Origin: a bacterium
Lineage (GTDB): Bacteria; Armatimonadota; Chthonomonadetes; Chthonomonadales; JAMCWF01
Direction: 5' to 3'
Length of the DNA: 64,000 bases
Assembly: GCA_021842405.1 (NCBI GenBank)
Contig: JAKBZR010000003.1
Coordinates: 6,496-70,495, forward strand
The translations under genes were made by a program, and so were the position numbers. Of the stretch, positions 16,687-25,169 are shown one piece after another. The notes beneath the pieces are model-generated. The model saw only the letters and a program-made list of their open reading frames with translations, was not told the origin of the DNA and searched no databases. Each line of letters opens with the position of its first letter. Position 1 is the stretch's first letter.

Positions 16687-19551
16687 ATGAGTTTCAATCG
16701 AATGCGTAGGTTGAGCTGGATTACAGGTACTGCCCTATTCGTGATAGGGTTAACCATAGGGCTGGAGGCTCGTTCTGCTGCCCAATCATCCATATCAAAC
16801 GCCTATATCAGTGTAACAACCGCCACCGCGCCCCCCAATCAATTTACCGCTGTAACAACCGGTGGCGATCCGGTCACAACGGCTGACGACGGACTCGTCC
16901 TTCTTCATTCGGTCATCATATCATTAAGGATTGACGGAGGAGCTCAAGCCGGTGGCAGCGATGTGATATTAGGCGCGCCCAACAGCGTGAGCGTGGTCAA
17001 CAATGAGATGAAGGTGCAGTGGCTCCAACCGATGACCGTTACCACGACAAGCGGCGGCGGGACGGGTACTGGAACCGGCACCGGAACGGGAACCGGCACC
17101 GGTACAGGAACTGGAACTGGAACTGGAACAACTACAACCACGACGACCGGCAACCTAGTGGTCAATCTGGACGTTAAGCTCCTGCATGACACGATCCGGT
17201 GGGGTTTCAGCATTGTAAACGATGATACGCTCCCTCATTCGGTCGGGATTCGATTGGTGGAAGGGTATAACGGCGCCGGCCTGCCGGTGACGATCGGCAC
17301 TACGGTAGGATATGGAGGCGCGCCGGTTCGCACCAACAATCACAGCACCATTCACAATGAGGTTGATTACGTAGGTCCACAAGTTCCTACTTTCTGGTCA
17401 ACCAATGTCCCGGTATCACAAAACGGAGCAAGCGGGCAGTTTGTGATACGGGGATTAACGGCCACCAGCTCGGCCAGCGAATCGGTATGGGCGTCCGACA
17501 ACACGAGGCCCGATGAATTTACGCTGGCGCCGGTGAGCTTATTTGCAGCCGCCCCTTGGGGCGTTACCATTGATCCGACTCAGCCGATTGATACGACGGG
17601 AACCACCGTCCCGCTCGATCCGGCGGTCGCGCTCTACTACAACCCGGTTGAGTTGGTTCCTGGCGATACCCGCACGGTGGTAAACTATCTCGGATTGGGA
17701 GTGGCGTCGGAAAACTTTGACCAGTCTATGGTGGAGGCGGTGGAAGGGCCGGCTTACTTAAACTACAACCAGCAGATTGCCGACCTATATAATGCTCCGC
17801 CGTACCAATATCATGTTGCGCCGTTGACCCTGCCTACTCAACCCAACTTGCCGATTGTGATAACACCTTCCAGCGCTACTCCGCCCATTGATAATCCGAT
17901 AACGATTGAAGTATCGGTCCAAAATCTAACAACAATCGCGTTGGATAATTACTCGGCCACCCTCAACCTACCGCAGAATTCCGGCCTGGAGTTGGCGCCG
18001 GGACAGACGGCAACCCAGGGCACGAACTCCAGCATCTCCATATCGCCGGGCGCGGAGAAATCGTTTTCCTGGCAGTTGCTACCCAATGTCAGTAACCCGC
18101 AGAGCGGTATCATCACCTATTATGTGACGGTCAGCACCGGCATTGCGGGCGGTAAGAGCGTAACCCGGACGATGGAGATACCGGCCATTCCCAGCAGCCA
18201 AAAATTCCCATCCGGCCTGCAACTGATCTCGTTGCCATTCGTTTTCTCAAATCCGCAGCCATCGTTTGCATTTAGCTTGGATCCAGCCAATTTTATGCTG
18301 TTGGATTGGAACGGAACGGCCGGCTCTTATGAGGCGGTCAGCCAAATACAACCAGGGCTGGGATACTGGCTGCAGTTGAATCAAGGCCAGCAGATCAGCA
18401 TAACCGGAGCATCGCCGGTGCCCAATCAAACCGGCACGAGCTCTCAATTCACCCTCACCTTGCCGCAAGGGTGGTCGTTAATTGGTGACCCATACCTGTT
18501 CAATATCCGATGGGGCGATATGCAGGTGCTCAACCCGGCTACATTGCAGATACTGCCGCTTAATGTGGCCAGCGACGGCAACCACAACTGGATCAGCCCG
18601 ACGATCTATTATTTTGATCAAAGCGAGCACGATTACGCTTTTTCGCAAGATCTCGGCTACTTGATGCAACCCTATGCGGGGTTCTGGGTATACAGCTTCT
18701 TGCCGAACTTAAAGCTGATTTTCCCGCCGATAGACGAACCGGGAGCGACCGTCATAACCAGAAGCGCTTTCGCTCAGCAGCCGATCGGTGTGAACAATTG
18801 GCGGTTGCAGATCTCGGCCACCTCAGCCAATACGAACGACACCCATAACTATATCGGCGTTTCAAACCAGGTAACCGGAAATTATAACCCGCTCGACGCC
18901 TTAAAGCCCCCGGCATACGGGAGATCGGTGTCACTCGCACTCGTTCATACCGATTGGGGAGATCACAACGGCGCATACGCGCAAGACCTTCGCTCACCCA
19001 ACGATCCCAACAAAAAGTGGACGATACGGGTTACTTCACCGGAGCCAAATCAAAATGTAACCATTACCTGGCCGAACATAGCGCAAGTGCCCAAACAGTA
19101 TGAGCTCACCCTCACTGATCCGACCGATGGCTCGACTCGATCCATGCGAACCACTTCTTCGATTGTGGTTAATACCGGATCCTCGGGCACCCGAGATCTC
19201 ACCATCACCGCGAAATCGGTGCACCTTGGTGAAGCCTTGTTGATTTCACAATTGGATATACAAACAACGGGCGGTCGTGCGACGGGCGCGCCGCAAACGG
19301 CCAACATTACCTATACCGTAAGCCGGGCGGCATCGTACTCTCGGATTACGATCCGTTCCGCATCCGGGCAAGTGATCCGGCTACTTTCAACCGGTCGCGC
19401 GGTGCAGGCTGGGGTTAATACGGTGGTCTGGGATCTCAGAGACTCAAAGGGAATCTCGGTTCCATCCGGCAGTTATCTCGTTTCGGTGGTAGTGGCTGAC
19501 AGCCAGAGCCAGCAAGCGCGCATGGTTATGCCCTATCTGGTCATACGATAA
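16687..19551 (+). CDS. Secreted protein with an unassigned N-terminal region, a (Gly-Thr)12 linker and the shared C-terminal module
   Basis: The ORF opens at 16591. ATG 16687 lies 9 nt after the RBS GAGGGAGGA and gives MSFNRMRRLSWITGTALFVIGLTIG, a signal or anchor sequence. The C-terminal ~450 aa are collinear with the C-termini of the ORFs ending at 11252 and 16560. Confidence 0.7.
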   Translation: MSFNRMRRLSWITGTALFVIGLTIGLEARSAAQSSISNAYISVTTATAPPNQFTAVTTGGDPVTTADDGLVLLHSVIISLRIDGGAQAGGSDVILGAPNSVSVVNNEMKVQWLQPMTVTTTSGGGTGTGTGTGTGTGTGTGTGTGTGTTTTTTTGNLVVNLDVKLLHDTIRWGFSIVNDDTLPHSVGIRLVEGYNGAGLPVTIGTTVGYGGAPVRTNNHSTIHNEVDYVGPQVPTFWSTNVPVSQNGASGQFVIRGLTATSSASESVWASDNTRPDEFTLAPVSLFAAAPWGVTIDPTQPIDTTGTTVPLDPAVALYYNPVELVPGDTRTVVNYLGLGVASENFDQSMVEAVEGPAYLNYNQQIADLYNAPPYQYHVAPLTLPTQPNLPIVITPSSATPPIDNPITIEVSVQNLTTIALDNYSATLNLPQNSGLELAPGQTATQGTNSSISISPGAEKSFSWQLLPNVSNPQSGIITYYVTVSTGIAGGKSVTRTMEIPAIPSSQKFPSGLQLISLPFVFSNPQPSFAFSLDPANFMLLDWNGTAGSYEAVSQIQPGLGYWLQLNQGQQISITGASPVPNQTGTSSQFTLTLPQGWSLIGDPYLFNIRWGDMQVLNPATLQILPLNVASDGNHNWISPTIYYFDQSEHDYAFSQDLGYLMQPYAGFWVYSFLPNLKLIFPPIDEPGATVITRSAFAQQPIGVNNWRLQISATSANTNDTHNYIGVSNQVTGNYNPLDALKPPAYGRSVSLALVHTDWGDHNGAYAQDLRSPNDPNKKWTIRVTSPEPNQNVTITWPNIAQVPKQYELTLTDPTDGSTRSMRTTSSIVVNTGSSGTRDLTITAKSVHLGEALLISQLDIQTTGGRATGAPQTANITYTVSRAASYSRITIRSASGQVIRLLSTGRAVQAGVNTVVWDLRDSKGISVPSGSYLVSVVVADSQSQQARMVMPYLVIR
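17059..17148 (+). repeat. (Gly-Thr)12 followed by Thr6, encoded by GGN-ACN hexanucleotide repeats including three perfect GGAACT units
   Basis: Codons were read directly from 17059: ggg acg ggt act gga acc ggc acc gga acg gga acc ggc acc ggt aca gga act gga act gga act gga aca, followed by six Thr codons. Confidence 0.9.
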
Positions 19552-19560
19552 AAAATCAAG

Positions 19561-19596
19561 GGGGCTGCCGCCTGTGGATTAACCGTCGGCAGCCCC
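19561..19596 (+). terminator. Stem-loop with a 10-bp perfect stem GGGGCTGCCG/CGGCAGCCCC and a 16-nt loop
   Basis: The stem-loop starts 10 nt after the stop at 19551. No T-tract follows on the + strand, and an A-run precedes it. Confidence 0.4.
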
Positions 19597-19621
19597 CCGA
19601 AACACGGTGAGGAAGCGAACA

Positions 19622-20278
19622 ATGAAGGCAAGAAAAATGAGCAAAAATTCACTATGGGTGTTTGGTATCAGCGCACTATTAATGGTCGCGATGATACCAG
19701 GCGCTTCAGCAAAAATTAACGCCGATCACGCACTTCTATTACAAGAGATGTCAAGGCCATCATTGCTGCTGTTCCCGTTCGATTCGAGCGATCCCAGCAC
19801 CAGCGCCTATGCTGAATTGGCAACCGATGTCGCTTGGTCTCGACTGGTATTGAGCGGCAAGTACCAACCGGTTCGTTTCTATCGCTACCTGCCACCGATC
19901 GCCCGCGCGCTACAGGATCAGCAGCTCGGCGACCAAGATGTTTCAGCGCCATTTTCAGAGGATAATACAAAAGGCATTAGGCTGGCGAAAATCGCTGATT
20001 ACGATTATATTTTGCTGGGGTCAATTGACAGCTACGATTATAACGCGAACACTCACCAAGTTAGCATTACGATGAGCGGTCGGTTGCTCAAAGTTTCGGG
20101 CGGCCGAATCATTAAGAGCGTGACCTTGAGCGGAGGGTATAAAAACCCCAACGGCTCTGAAAACAGCATTGCCGATCACGCCATTCGGACTACCGCCGAC
20201 AAACTGATGACTGGCCTGGTGGGCACCATTAGAAATGCACCGATCCCATCACCGCATGCTAAGAACGCAAAAAAGTAA
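19622..20278 (+). CDS. Small secreted or periplasmic alpha/beta-domain protein, paralogous in pattern to the N-terminal domain of the 11402-13378 product
   Basis: ATG 19622 lies about 6 nt after GGTGAGGAAG. The signal peptide is ISALLMVAMIPGASA, with no lipobox Cys. The pattern LLLFPFDSS..YAELATDVAWSRLVLSGKYQPV...ILLGSIDSY mirrors VIIIDFQNKS..FATDAVAVELANSGRFEVL...IITGEIAFA. Confidence 0.55.
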   Translation: MKARKMSKNSLWVFGISALLMVAMIPGASAKINADHALLLQEMSRPSLLLFPFDSSDPSTSAYAELATDVAWSRLVLSGKYQPVRFYRYLPPIARALQDQQLGDQDVSAPFSEDNTKGIRLAKIADYDYILLGSIDSYDYNANTHQVSITMSGRLLKVSGGRIIKSVTLSGGYKNPNGSENSIADHAIRTTADKLMTGLVGTIRNAPIPSPHAKNAKK

Positions 20279-20474
20279 TTCACGTCGCGGTATCTCTTCA
20301 TAATTGATGATTTAGAAGGCTGTAATAATTGCAGTGATGATGCAGTAAACCGTGTCAAACCGAAAACAAATTAGTTCCGCTGAATTATTAACTTGCGATT
20401 AGCAGCCGACGTGAACAGAATATTGGCCGGGACCTAAAAACAAGGCTCGGCCAATTCAATTATGAGCTCGGTTA

Positions 20475-22460
20475 ATGAAACATTCTCATTCGACCACATT
20501 ATTTTTCTGCTTGTTATTGAGTGCCTTTCCGGCAATCGCTTATGCTTTCAGCACCATTTCTCTATCGGTGGATCGCCCGGTTGTGTTGGCGGACGGAAAA
20601 AGCTCAGCGGTAATCAGCGCAACCGTTCGAGATTCAAGCGGAAACTACGTGCCGGATGGCATTGAGGTTGATTTTCATACCACATTGGGAACGCTGGAAC
20701 CGTTGACTCAAGCGGGCAACACGGGGGCCATTTCCGATGTACAGGCAACCACGATGGGTGGGGTAGCGAGAGTTCGGATCACCAGCAACCAAACCGGAGA
20801 CGCGCAAATCTTAGTTACATCGCCGGGTGCGGGTGCGGCCACCATCCGAATTCGTTTTACCAACAGCACACAAGACACCTATCAAGGTAACGCGTTCGTT
20901 GCGGTGCGGAGCAATCACGAGCTGATGTACAGCGTCACCGATCGGACGATTGAGGCCAGCTCACCCCATAGCGGCGCCTATTTAAGCTTCCGCAACATTC
21001 AAGTTTATGCCGATCAAATTCAGCTCGATTGCAATCAAACCATTGTAAGGGCGAGGGGCGGGGTGCGCTTAAAGGTTGCCGACCATACTATCTCGACCGA
21101 TCGCCTCTATTATAATCTTATGACAAATGACGGTTATGCAGTGGTTGCCAAGGGGCGCGCGCTACGCCCGGTCCAACTTAAGGGTGAAAGCATGAAGCAA
21201 ACGCTCATGCCGGGGGGCATCCCACCGATCTACCTGAAAATGGCCGACCTATCGGATAGCAACCTGGTGATCGCCGCACGCCAAATTCTCTTTTTCCCCA
21301 ATGATAAACTTCAATTTACCTCGCCGCGATTTTATCAGCAGGGCCAAATGCTGGTATCAATGCCCTATTACGTGCTCAGTCTCGGCTCGAACCACCTGTT
21401 CTCCGAACAGTTTGTATCATTGGGCTCTCAGGGGATCGGGGTGGATATTCCCTTTTATTTTCAGCTTTCTCCCAGCAAAACCGGAATTTTCTATCTTCGT
21501 CGAGGAGATCAGCGCCAATCCAGCATCTACACGACCCAAGCCGGTTGGTCGTTGGACATGGTGCAAAAATACTCATCATTGCGCGGCGAAAGGTATCAGG
21601 GGCAGTTCGGAATAAACGGTATAACACGCAGCGACTGGGGGGTTGATTGGTCACACAGTGAGCAGTTCAGTCCAACCTCGGTCGGCTCCATCTATCTCGA
21701 TTTCCCTCAGCATCGTAATCTATTTCTGACCAGCAATTACAACGATCAGATTGGCACCTATCGCCTGGGCGCCAATGTCATCATGAACCAGAGCCTCAAC
21801 GGCATCCCGATTAACAATCAGCAGGGAACCGTCTACTTTGAGGGATTGCCGCGACCGATGGGAAAGACCGGCTATTTTTACACGATCGGCACCTCTTCTA
21901 ATATCAGCCGCACCGCGGAGGCGGGGATTCGACAAGACATTTTTACCCAATCCATATCAATGCGTGCGAACAGCTCCCCATTCAAGCTTGATCACGATAC
22001 CACGCTCACCCACTCGTTCAGCATTGGGGAGGTTATGGCCAGTGGCGCCAGCGGTGGAACCTCCCTGCTCTCTTCGCTCTCGTTGACGCACACCTTCGGG
22101 GCAACTGCCAATTTGCAGCTCAGCTATGATTTCACCCACCAACCGTATACCATTTATGGGGAGGGGCAGCATCGGATCAGCGCTTCTTTCTTTGCATCGG
22201 GAAGAAACAAATGGTATCTCACCCTATACGCCAGCGATATGCTGGATGCGCCCAACAGCAGTCTCCTCAGCGATTTCAGCTACTCGATCGCACCGAAGTG
22301 GCGGGTTGCCTTAATGACGACGATGCAACAATACGGCGCCGCCACCTACAAGGATTTCGACTTAGGTCTGGCTTATGATATCGGGGGCCGCGATGTTATC
22401 TTATCATGGTCAAGCTTGGAGCACCGCATTTCCTTACGGCTTGGCGCTGCCCAATTTTAA
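20475..22460 (+). CDS. Outer-membrane beta-barrel protein with an N-terminal Big_1 (invasin/intimin-type Ig) domain and an OstA/LptD-N-like domain
   Basis: The signal peptide is LLLSAFPAIAYA. The Big_1-like segment reads ISLSVDRPVVLADGKSSAVISATVRDSSGNYVPDG. An OstA-like pattern is present (IQVYADQIQLDCNQTIVRARGGVRLKVADHTISTDRLYYNLMTNDGYA). The remainder is long and rich in alternating residues, ending ...LRLGAAQF. A terminal Phe is typical of OM barrels. Confidence 0.55.
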   Translation: MKHSHSTTLFFCLLLSAFPAIAYAFSTISLSVDRPVVLADGKSSAVISATVRDSSGNYVPDGIEVDFHTTLGTLEPLTQAGNTGAISDVQATTMGGVARVRITSNQTGDAQILVTSPGAGAATIRIRFTNSTQDTYQGNAFVAVRSNHELMYSVTDRTIEASSPHSGAYLSFRNIQVYADQIQLDCNQTIVRARGGVRLKVADHTISTDRLYYNLMTNDGYAVVAKGRALRPVQLKGESMKQTLMPGGIPPIYLKMADLSDSNLVIAARQILFFPNDKLQFTSPRFYQQGQMLVSMPYYVLSLGSNHLFSEQFVSLGSQGIGVDIPFYFQLSPSKTGIFYLRRGDQRQSSIYTTQAGWSLDMVQKYSSLRGERYQGQFGINGITRSDWGVDWSHSEQFSPTSVGSIYLDFPQHRNLFLTSNYNDQIGTYRLGANVIMNQSLNGIPINNQQGTVYFEGLPRPMGKTGYFYTIGTSSNISRTAEAGIRQDIFTQSISMRANSSPFKLDHDTTLTHSFSIGEVMASGASGGTSLLSSLSLTHTFGATANLQLSYDFTHQPYTIYGEGQHRISASFFASGRNKWYLTLYASDMLDAPNSSLLSDFSYSIAPKWRVALMTTMQQYGAATYKDFDLGLAYDIGGRDVILSWSSLEHRISLRLGAAQF

Positions 22461-22472
22461 TAAGGACTTGAT

Positions 22473-23504
22473 ATGGCGAACACTCTGGTTCGGATCGGAT
22501 TAATCGGTTACGGTGGAATTGGAGGAAGTCACCTCCGATTGTGGAAGCGCACTGAGGGAGCGCAGGTTACGGCGGTTTGTGATGTCATTGCGGAAAGGGC
22601 GGAGATGGGCGCCGCTGAGGTGGAGGCGGCTGCATTCACTGATCTGAAGGAATTGTTGAAAAGCGGCCTTTGCGATGCGGTGGATATCTGCACTCCATCG
22701 GGCTTGCATGCGACTCTGGGAGTTCTGGCGGCCGAGCATGGCCTGCACGTCTTATCGGAGAAGCCGCTCGACTTGAACGTAGAGTATGTAGATCGGCTGA
22801 TCCGCGCATGCGATGAGCACCAGGTGAAGTTGGCGTGTATCTTTCAGAGACGGGCCAGCCGCGGCGCTCGAATCGTTCGTGAGGCGGTCGTAAACGGTGA
22901 GCTGGGGAAGATTTTTTCTTGCAGCGCCTACGTGAAATGGTACCGTAAACAATCCTACTACGATGCAGATGATTGGCGTGGTACATGGCGGTTCGACGGG
23001 GGTGTGTTGGGCAATCAGGCAATTCACGGGATTGATCATCTCTGCTGGTTATGCGGGAGAGTGGTCAGGGTAGAATACGCTCACTTGGAAACACTCGACC
23101 ATCAGATCGAGGCGGAGGATAACGCGATTGCGGTTCTGCGCTTTGAAAATGGGGCCAGTGGAGTGCTGGAGGCGACGACCTGTTGTCAGGGTGATATGGC
23201 GACCCGGTTGGAGATCTACGGCGCCAACGGCTCGGCTGCATTTGATGATTCCAAAGTGGTGGCATATACGGTAAACGGCGAATCCCGCATGTCATCGCTG
23301 GAAGATGCGGGGGAGATGATCGGTGGCCGCAGCGATCCGTTGGCGATCAGCTTAAGCGGCCATGCCTATCAACTGCAGGATTTTATACGAGCCATACAAA
23401 ATGATGAAAAGCCTTTGGTGGATGGGCGAGATGCTAGAATGGCAGTCGAGGCGCTTGATTTGATCTACCGGAAGGCCTTTCCCAACGTCAAGGTTGGCAT
23501 ATAA
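22473..23504 (+). CDS. Gfo/Idh/MocA-family NAD(P)-dependent oxidoreductase
   Basis: The Rossmann motif is IGLIGYGGIGGSH and the EKP motif is VLSEKPL. The gene starts 12 nt after the upstream stop. Confidence 0.8.
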   Translation: MANTLVRIGLIGYGGIGGSHLRLWKRTEGAQVTAVCDVIAERAEMGAAEVEAAAFTDLKELLKSGLCDAVDICTPSGLHATLGVLAAEHGLHVLSEKPLDLNVEYVDRLIRACDEHQVKLACIFQRRASRGARIVREAVVNGELGKIFSCSAYVKWYRKQSYYDADDWRGTWRFDGGVLGNQAIHGIDHLCWLCGRVVRVEYAHLETLDHQIEAEDNAIAVLRFENGASGVLEATTCCQGDMATRLEIYGANGSAAFDDSKVVAYTVNGESRMSSLEDAGEMIGGRSDPLAISLSGHAYQLQDFIRAIQNDEKPLVDGRDARMAVEALDLIYRKAFPNVKVGI

Positions 23505-23516
23505 GCAAGGCAGTGC

Positions 23517-24509
23517 ATGTCGGAGATGAGCAGTACGTCCCAAGAGGCGGAAGAGTGGCTTCACTGTTTAAGCGGATTTTCGGACCTCGAGCACATTCAT
23601 CTTAATGAACCTTTGAGCCGCTATACCACGTTACGAGTGGGAGGGCCATGCGATCTTTTTTATAGCGCTCACAACACCCGCCTGTTTGCCGAGCTGGCGA
23701 TCCTCGTCCAAAAATGTAAGATCCCACACTTCATTCTGGGAGACGGCAGCAATATATGCGTAAGCGATCGGGGAATACGAGCCTTTGTCATCCGCAATAA
23801 ATGCCGGGATTTACAGGTTGGGGAGCTGACCCGAGTGGCGACCGGCTATCCGATGATGGATCTTTTTTTACGCACCGCGCAAGCCGGTCTATCCGGATTG
23901 GAGTTTGCAGTCGGCATTCCCGGTTCGGTGGGCGGAGCGCTGGTCTCAAATGCGGGCGCATACCGGTACAATATTTGCGAGCTGGTTGAAACGATCGAGG
24001 TGGTGGAGGATGCTGAGCTCAAGGAGGTGGGGCCGGAGTGGATGGGCTTCGCTTACCGAGACAGCCGATTGCGACATCATGGCGCTCCGCCGGCAACCTT
24101 AATTTCAACCACACTGCGGCTAAAGCCCGATGACCGCACGGCGATATTTCGCCGCGCCCGGGATCTGCAAAACCAGCGCATTTCAAAGCAGCCGTGGTAT
24201 GCTTCGGCAGGCAGCTTTTTTAAGAACGTCTATAATGTAGAGTTGGCGCAGCGTTTGGAGGGTTTGCCGGGGGCCATGAGGGAAGCGGGCGTGGTGCCGG
24301 CCGGCTATTTGCTAAGCGCTTGCGGATGCAAAGGGATGCGGCAAGGGGGAGCGGTCGTCTCATCGAGGCACGCCAACTTCATCATTAATCGGGGTGGCGC
24401 GACCGCCGACGATATTCGTAACCTGGCCGAAACGGTTAAGGATAGAGTCTGGCGGCAATACAACGTGCGGCTGGAGGAGGAGGTCATCTACGTGGGGGAT
24501 TGGGATTGA
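23517..24509 (+). CDS. murB: UDP-N-acetylenolpyruvoylglucosamine reductase
   Basis: FAD-binding domain motifs are present (LSRYTTLRVGGPCDLF, GDGSNI), along with the MurB C-terminal motif SAGSFFKN. Confidence 0.88.
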   Translation: MSEMSSTSQEAEEWLHCLSGFSDLEHIHLNEPLSRYTTLRVGGPCDLFYSAHNTRLFAELAILVQKCKIPHFILGDGSNICVSDRGIRAFVIRNKCRDLQVGELTRVATGYPMMDLFLRTAQAGLSGLEFAVGIPGSVGGALVSNAGAYRYNICELVETIEVVEDAELKEVGPEWMGFAYRDSRLRHHGAPPATLISTTLRLKPDDRTAIFRRARDLQNQRISKQPWYASAGSFFKNVYNVELAQRLEGLPGAMREAGVVPAGYLLSACGCKGMRQGGAVVSSRHANFIINRGGATADDIRNLAETVKDRVWRQYNVRLEEEVIYVGDWD

Positions 24510-24575
24510 TGCTCCTCAACGCGCACCGGGTGATCGTAGCCATAAGATGGTTGATTTCATCCTCCAATATTGGCC

Positions 24576-24842
24576 TCATGAACGTGCTCGTCTCAGCTTC
24601 ATCAACGAGCGAAAGCCGCCGGTCATTTCACGGATGGATATTTTACTTGCCCCTCGCTGACGATCCACAAACGTTATCGGCACCTCCCGGATACGTGCAT
24701 TTAAATCATACGCCGCTCGCCACAAAAGCTCCACGTGAAGACTATATCCGGATGAATAGAAAGAGCGGTCGAATAGTCGCGATAGCAGCTCGGATCGGTA
24801 TGCGCGAAAGCCGGACGTGCAGTCACGGGTGGTTAAGTGCAA
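24576..24842 (-). pseudogene. C-terminal remnant (about 85 aa) of a GT2 polyprenol-phosphate mannosyl/glucosyl-transferase-like gene
   Basis: The sequence DCTSGFRAYRSELL...GYSLHVELLWRAAYDLNARIREVPITFVDRQRGASKIS matches the C-terminal third of DPM1/GtrB-like GT2 enzymes. The N-terminal ~150 aa, including the DxD region, are absent. Repeat debris lies where the 5' part should be. Confidence 0.55.
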
Positions 24843-24911
24843 CCTGCGCCGGGCGAAAGAGTTGGCCGCTGCGCTCAGAAGCTTCCTCCTCCATGGCCAA
24901 TTGTAGTATGA

Positions 24912-24951
24912 GTGTTACCCATGTCTCCGAACATGTGTTACCCATGTGTCC
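24912..24951. repeat. Direct repeat GTGTTACCCATGT(C/G)TCC x2 with a period of 23 nt
   Basis: Read directly. The repeat translates as VTHVSEHVLPMCPV, a peptide pattern I associate with short interspersed repeats mis-called as ORFs. Confidence 0.5.
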
Positions 24952-24960
24952 GGTCTATAC

Positions 24961-25044
24961 ATAGGGGGAAGAAGGAAGGGCGGGATGGGGGTCAAGAGCC
25001 ACCGCCCTGTAACACCCGCCTAAATTGCCCGTAGAACTGAACTC
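24961..25044. mobile_element. Partial MITE-like repeat, right half only
   Basis: GGGCGGGATGGGGGTCAAGAGCCACCGCCCTGTAACACCCGCCTAAATTGCCCGTAGAACTGAACTC is nearly identical to the right half of the copy at 35213-35439. No left terminus was found. Confidence 0.6.
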
Positions 25045-25169
25045 ATTCCAAGTTAAATTGGAGAATATTTGTCCATCCGAAATTCAACTGCCAGGCACAA
25101 CCCACACGTGGGAAAAACGGGTAAGCTATTTTAAAGCCATAGTATTTTGGGAGGAGATTATTCGCGCGA

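Noticed and set aside
24500-24964. A 154-aa + strand ORF overlapping the murB stop.
   Set aside because: It runs antisense across the GT2 remnant and ends in the repeat-encoded peptide VTHVSEHVLPMCPVYT, so it is most likely an artefact of decayed sequence.
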